Shown here in pieces: positions 61,230-64,000 of a DNA stretch of 64,000 bases. The DNA is taken from positions 15,060 to 79,059 of the forward strand of contig JALGXW010000011.1 in assembly GCA_029821875.1 (NCBI GenBank). Direction: 5' to 3'. How positions within the stretch are numbered: the stretch's first letter is position 1; each line of letters starts with the position of its first letter. The stretch comes from Candidatus Hebobacterum abditum. Lineage in GTDB: Bacteria > Armatimonadota > Hebobacteria > Hebobacterales > Hebobacteraceae. A program made the translations under genes and the position numbers. The notes under the pieces are model-generated. The model was not told the origin of the DNA. It saw nothing but the letters and a program-made list of their open reading frames with translations, and searched no databases.

Positions 61230-61305
61230 CATCACTGGGACCCGAAGTGGGCGCGCCGGGTAACGTCTAGCTCGGGGAACTGGGCAGGATTCGGCGCAGA
61301 GGTAC

Positions 61306-61339
61306 GGCAGCCACCGCAGCTAAGATCGCGGTGGCTGCC
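61306..61339. terminator. hairpin between convergent genes (possible bidirectional terminator)
   Basis: 12-bp perfect stem GGCAGCCACCGC ... GCGGTGGCTGCC with a 10-nt loop. There is no clear U-tract. Confidence 0.4.
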
Positions 61340-61414
61340 GATGCGTAACAGAGATGCTAGCAGCGTGCGAGTCGATGGGCTTGGCGCCGATGCCTGCCGG
61401 GAGCCGTGGGTGTG

Positions 61415-62179
61415 CTAGACCACCGACTTCACTCGGTCTATGTACGCCTCCCATACCCGCTTCATCTGGGCCTGCGCTTCGTCCGGTGGCAGAAGGTTGT
61501 GGGAGATGTTCACGATGGGGGGCTGGCCGCGCTCGCTGAGCAAGCGTGCCACCTCGCAGTTGATCGCGTTGACCGCGGTGACGAAGCCGAACGTCGAGCC
61601 GGGCCCCACCTTCTCTCGCAGGCCGGGTATCTCGATCATCGCGTCGCCGGCCGGGACACAGGTGTCGACGACGATGTCGGCTATCTCGCAGAGGCGCTTT
61701 CCGCTGGAGTGGCGAGGAGGCACCGACAGAGTGTGCTCCATGGAGGTGAGCGCGACCAGGGTCAACCCCTGCTTCTTGGTCTCCAGGGCCATATCGATCA
61801 CGACCCCGTTGATGCCGGAGTGTGAGAAGATCATCATCGTATCGCGCGAATCGAGGCGGTAGTTCTCCAGAATGATCTGAGCGAACCCCTCCAGCCTCTC
61901 CAGAAAGAGGAACTGAGGCACGCCGCTGTCACCGACGACGTTCGTGAAGTACGACAGGCAGTGCTCTGTCATCGGGTGATAGCCCACGAAGCCGCCGATG
62001 CGAGGGTAGCATTCCATCACCGGCAGGGAGCCGTGCCCCGCCCCGAACAGGTGGACCATGCGGCCGGCGGAAATCGATTCGGCGATCGTTTCCGCCGCAG
62101 CCGAGATGTTGTCCCCCTGTGTGTCCCGGATTCGGCGGTGAATCTCCTCCGTCTTCTCGAACCAGTTCTGCGCAGACAT
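61415..62179 (-). CDS. SIS (sugar isomerase) domain protein
   Basis: VHLFGAGHGSLP and IFSHSGINGVVIDMALETKKQGLTLVALTS. TGATG overlap with the upstream ROK gene. Confidence 0.8.
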   Translation of the reverse strand: MSAQNWFEKTEEIHRRIRDTQGDNISAAAETIAESISAGRMVHLFGAGHGSLPVMECYPRIGGFVGYHPMTEHCLSYFTNVVGDSGVPQFLFLERLEGFAQIILENYRLDSRDTMMIFSHSGINGVVIDMALETKKQGLTLVALTSMEHTLSVPPRHSSGKRLCEIADIVVDTCVPAGDAMIEIPGLREKVGPGSTFGFVTAVNAINCEVARLLSERGQPPIVNISHNLLPPDEAQAQMKRVWEAYIDRVKSVV

Positions 62180-63114
62180 CAGTCGGCTCCCTCCTTCTGG
62201 TCAGTGTGTTGCCAGGCCAGGCGTGCGGCCCCCAGCCAGGCCGCGTCTTCGCCCAGCTTCGCGACCACGACGCGAACGGCGCGAGCGATCTGCGGCTGAG
62301 CCTCCTGCAGCACAAGGCGCTGCACCCGCGGCAGCAGCAGGTCAGCGCCCCCATTGATGACACCTCCGGCCAGCACGACAATCTCCGGGTCCACCAGGCT
62401 CACCAGGTTCGCCACCGCCAGGCCAAGCGCCTGTGACGCTTCGTCAACCGCCTGCCGCGCCTCGGGGTCGCCCTTGCGGGCCGCCTCGAAGGCTTCCTCG
62501 GCTGTCTCCTTGCTGGCAGCGGCGGCGATCGCTGGCCCTGAGGCGATGGTCTCGAGGTCCCTCCCTGCTGGACTCCCCGTGGCCTCGCCCTGCCGCCAGT
62601 CGAAGGCCCACCACCCGAGCGCGCCGGCCACTCCGACGTGTCCGGTATGGAGGCGTCCCCCGAGGATCAGCCCCCCGCCGATCCCCGTCCCGATGGCAAC
62701 GAGGGCGACATCCTTGGCTCCCCGCGCAGCCCCGCACCACCATTCCCCCATCGCCCATGCATGGCCATCGTAGTGAAGGGAGACAGGGAGCCCCAGGGCG
62801 TGCGAGACGGGGCGGGCGACCTCAACCTCTTGCTGCCACCCCGCTATGTTCGGAGCCCAGAGGACGCGATCGGCTTGCCGATCGATCACCGCCGGGACGG
62901 CAATGCCGACCCCGGCCAGCCGGCCTTGCGCGGGCGCCTCCTCCCGGATCAGATCGTGGAGCAGGGCGGTGATCTGATCCACGACATGCTGTCCCCCCTC
63001 TGCTGCCGTAGGTACGCGGTGGGAGGCGACCACGCGGCCCCGCTCATCCGCGATGCCGGCCGCGATCTTAGTCGCTCCGACATCTACACCCGCGAGAAGC
63101 CGGTCCCCCGCCAT
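62179..63114 (-). CDS. ROK family sugar kinase
   Basis: MAGDRLLAGVDVGATKIAAG and LVAIGTGIGGGLILGGRLHTG. Start set at 63114; the 253-codon upstream extension of the track ORF is rejected. Confidence 0.85.
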   Translation of the reverse strand: MAGDRLLAGVDVGATKIAAGIADERGRVVASHRVPTAAEGGQHVVDQITALLHDLIREEAPAQGRLAGVGIAVPAVIDRQADRVLWAPNIAGWQQEVEVARPVSHALGLPVSLHYDGHAWAMGEWWCGAARGAKDVALVAIGTGIGGGLILGGRLHTGHVGVAGALGWWAFDWRQGEATGSPAGRDLETIASGPAIAAAASKETAEEAFEAARKGDPEARQAVDEASQALGLAVANLVSLVDPEIVVLAGGVINGGADLLLPRVQRLVLQEAQPQIARAVRVVVAKLGEDAAWLGAARLAWQHTDQKEGAD

Positions 63115-63318
63115 CTGGTCTCCTGCCGGGCTTGGCACTGAGTCCACGAGAGTCTCCCCCTGTGTGTTGGCTGCGTCTTGGCCAGCTACACTGGGCGCTG
63201 TGCTGATTCTCCGACGGGAAGAGGCGCACCTCTGCAGGTGATGGCGGCCGGCGCGGTCTGGCCTAAAGGACCCGGTCAGTACCGCAGCGAACGCGCAGTG
63301 AGTTCCAGCACAGAGAAG

Positions 63319-64000
63319 ATGGGATGGATGGACGTGATGCGAAGCCCGGTGGTCAATCTCTGCGGCGACGACGAATCGCTCTGGCAGGCCGAGGACGCCG
63401 GCGCTGGCGGGGGCGCCTTCCACAAGCCGGGCCTTGCTGCCGGCTCCTCGTTCACGTTGACGCTCACCCGCGCTGGTCGTTGGCGGAGTGCTCCTCGGCA
63501 TGTGGAGCCGGACCGCCCCTATGTGCTCGAATGTGACGTGAAGGGGCGCGGCCGGATCGGGCTGGTGTGGGTACGCGAGGGCAGGCCGCTGGGGCAGCTC
63601 CCCGATGGGGCCGCTCACACTGGGCAGGTGTGGACCTCGCCCGATGGCACGCCTCGATTCGCTCAGTTGGCGGAAGTGGGATCGGTCTGGTCTGAAGAGA
63701 TCGCAGCCGACGAGTGGCAGCGTGTGAACGTGAGTGGCGTCAGCCCGGTTGCGGCAAACCGCGTGCAGGTGGTGCTGGAGTCCCTCGGGGAGGGGGAGGC
63801 GGCCTTCGATTCCCCCTACCTGGATGGGCTGGGAGCCGTGCCGGTGGAGATCGCCCTGCCTCCCGCATATCACCCAAGCAGCAGCAAGGTGGCGACCGTT
63901 GTCGTCCGGGAGCGGGCCGCCGGTGGGAGCTTGGAGATTCTGTCAGGGGGGGAGGTCGTCTTCTCGGGGACGCTCCGGCGCTGGGGCGAGTACATCTGGG
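63319..64000 (+). CDS. putative carbohydrate-active protein, N-terminal beta-sandwich then Ig-like module (partial, runs off the window)
   Basis: Hand translation from ATG 63319 is open to 64000: MGWMDVMRSPVVNLCGDDESLWQAEDAG...VQVVLESLGEGEAAFDSPYLDGLGAVPVEIALPPAYHPSSSKVATVVVRE... High GC3. The tail resembles the Ig-like N-domain of GH9-type enzymes (weak). Confidence 0.5.
   Translation, partial: MGWMDVMRSPVVNLCGDDESLWQAEDAGAGGGAFHKPGLAAGSSFTLTLTRAGRWRSAPRHVEPDRPYVLECDVKGRGRIGLVWVREGRPLGQLPDGAAHTGQVWTSPDGTPRFAQLAEVGSVWSEEIAADEWQRVNVSGVSPVAANRVQVVLESLGEGEAAFDSPYLDGLGAVPVEIALPPAYHPSSSKVATVVVRERAAGGSLEILSGGEVVFSGTLRRWGEYIW

Noticed and set aside
61227-61410. Read-through of the TGA ending the 60171..61229 gene
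   Set aside because: The downstream frame gives an Arg/Trp-rich sequence with poor codon bias. The hairpin there (61306..61339) is 77 nt away and looks like a terminator between convergent genes, not a SECIS.
63115-63873. 253-codon N-terminal extension of the ROK kinase ORF (track ORF 62179..63873)
   Set aside because: The extension is Arg/Pro/His-rich and is antisense to a better plus-strand ORF starting at 63319. The canonical ROK N-terminus begins at MAGDRLLAGVDVGATK (63114).
1-64000. Genome-wide reassignment of TGA (code 4 or 25) as an explanation for the in-frame TGAs
   Set aside because: Several well-defined genes end at TGA with the next gene's RBS and start immediately after (for example 5067..5069 and 32321..32323). 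The DNA is GC-rich, unlike known TGA-reassigned lineages. A full selABCD set is present.
1-64000. CRISPR arrays, IS elements, integrases, prophage or defence-system genes
   Set aside because: I saw no direct-repeat/spacer arrays, no transposase or recombinase-like translations, and no nuclease/helicase/methylase clusters in either strand's ORF set.

Overview
GC-rich bacterial chromosomal segment, about two-thirds G+C by eye, densely coding with many long antisense shadow ORFs. I saw no rRNA, CRISPR array, transposase, integrase or phage genes. Gene calls rest on motifs read from the ORF translations and recalled from memory; no database search was run.

Gene content from left to right:
- 0-0.3 kb: partial cupin gene.
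- 0.9-11.8 kb: AsnB-like gene plus a Dpp/Opp-type ABC importer operon, with a hydantoinase/oxoprolinase A/B pair inserted between the two ATPase genes.
- 11.8-16.3 kb: TPR and degenerate kinase pair, an anaerobic sulfatase-maturase-like radical SAM gene, and a Zn-ribbon/PASTA/PEGA protein.
- 16.7-21.3 kb: a 1537-aa secreted YVTN beta-propeller plus heparinase II/III-like protein.
- 21.7-25.4 kb: a three-gene operon of unknown function.
- 25.6-27.6 kb: a 2-hydroxyacyl-CoA-dehydratase/double-cubane-type protein with its activase.
- 27.7-34.3 kb: a complete selenocysteine-decoding locus. It holds selD with extra domains, tRNA-Sec, a NapH-like polyferredoxin, selA and selB.
- 34.3-36.6 kb: a GHL10-type glycosidase-like gene.
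- 36.7-44.5 kb (minus strand): a GltD/NfnB-like-ferredoxin-MvhD fusion with metV and metF, followed by two Cys-rich sensor kinases and two receiver proteins.
- 44.7-64 kb: carbohydrate and amino-sugar genes (BadF-type kinase, DUF4838-like, ADP-ribosylglycohydrolase fusion, two Thr-type sulfatase-like proteins, NagB-like, aminotransferase, SIS, ROK), a PadR regulator and a partial glycosidase-like gene.

Main finding: next to the Sec machinery, three ORFs carry an in-frame TGA followed 10-12 nt later by a 7-bp stem with a 5-nt NGUNN loop.
- In two paralogous extracytoplasmic proteins, the sequence after the TGA is conserved at the protein level while synonymous sites diverge (motif GFT-U-xGPCYSVRVA).
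- I interpret these as a previously unannotated selenoprotein family, in an operon with a polytopic membrane protein.
- The third ORF is a small membrane selenoprotein candidate directly upstream of selD.
- A fourth, weaker candidate (CGPC-TGA) lies at about 50.2 kb on the minus strand.
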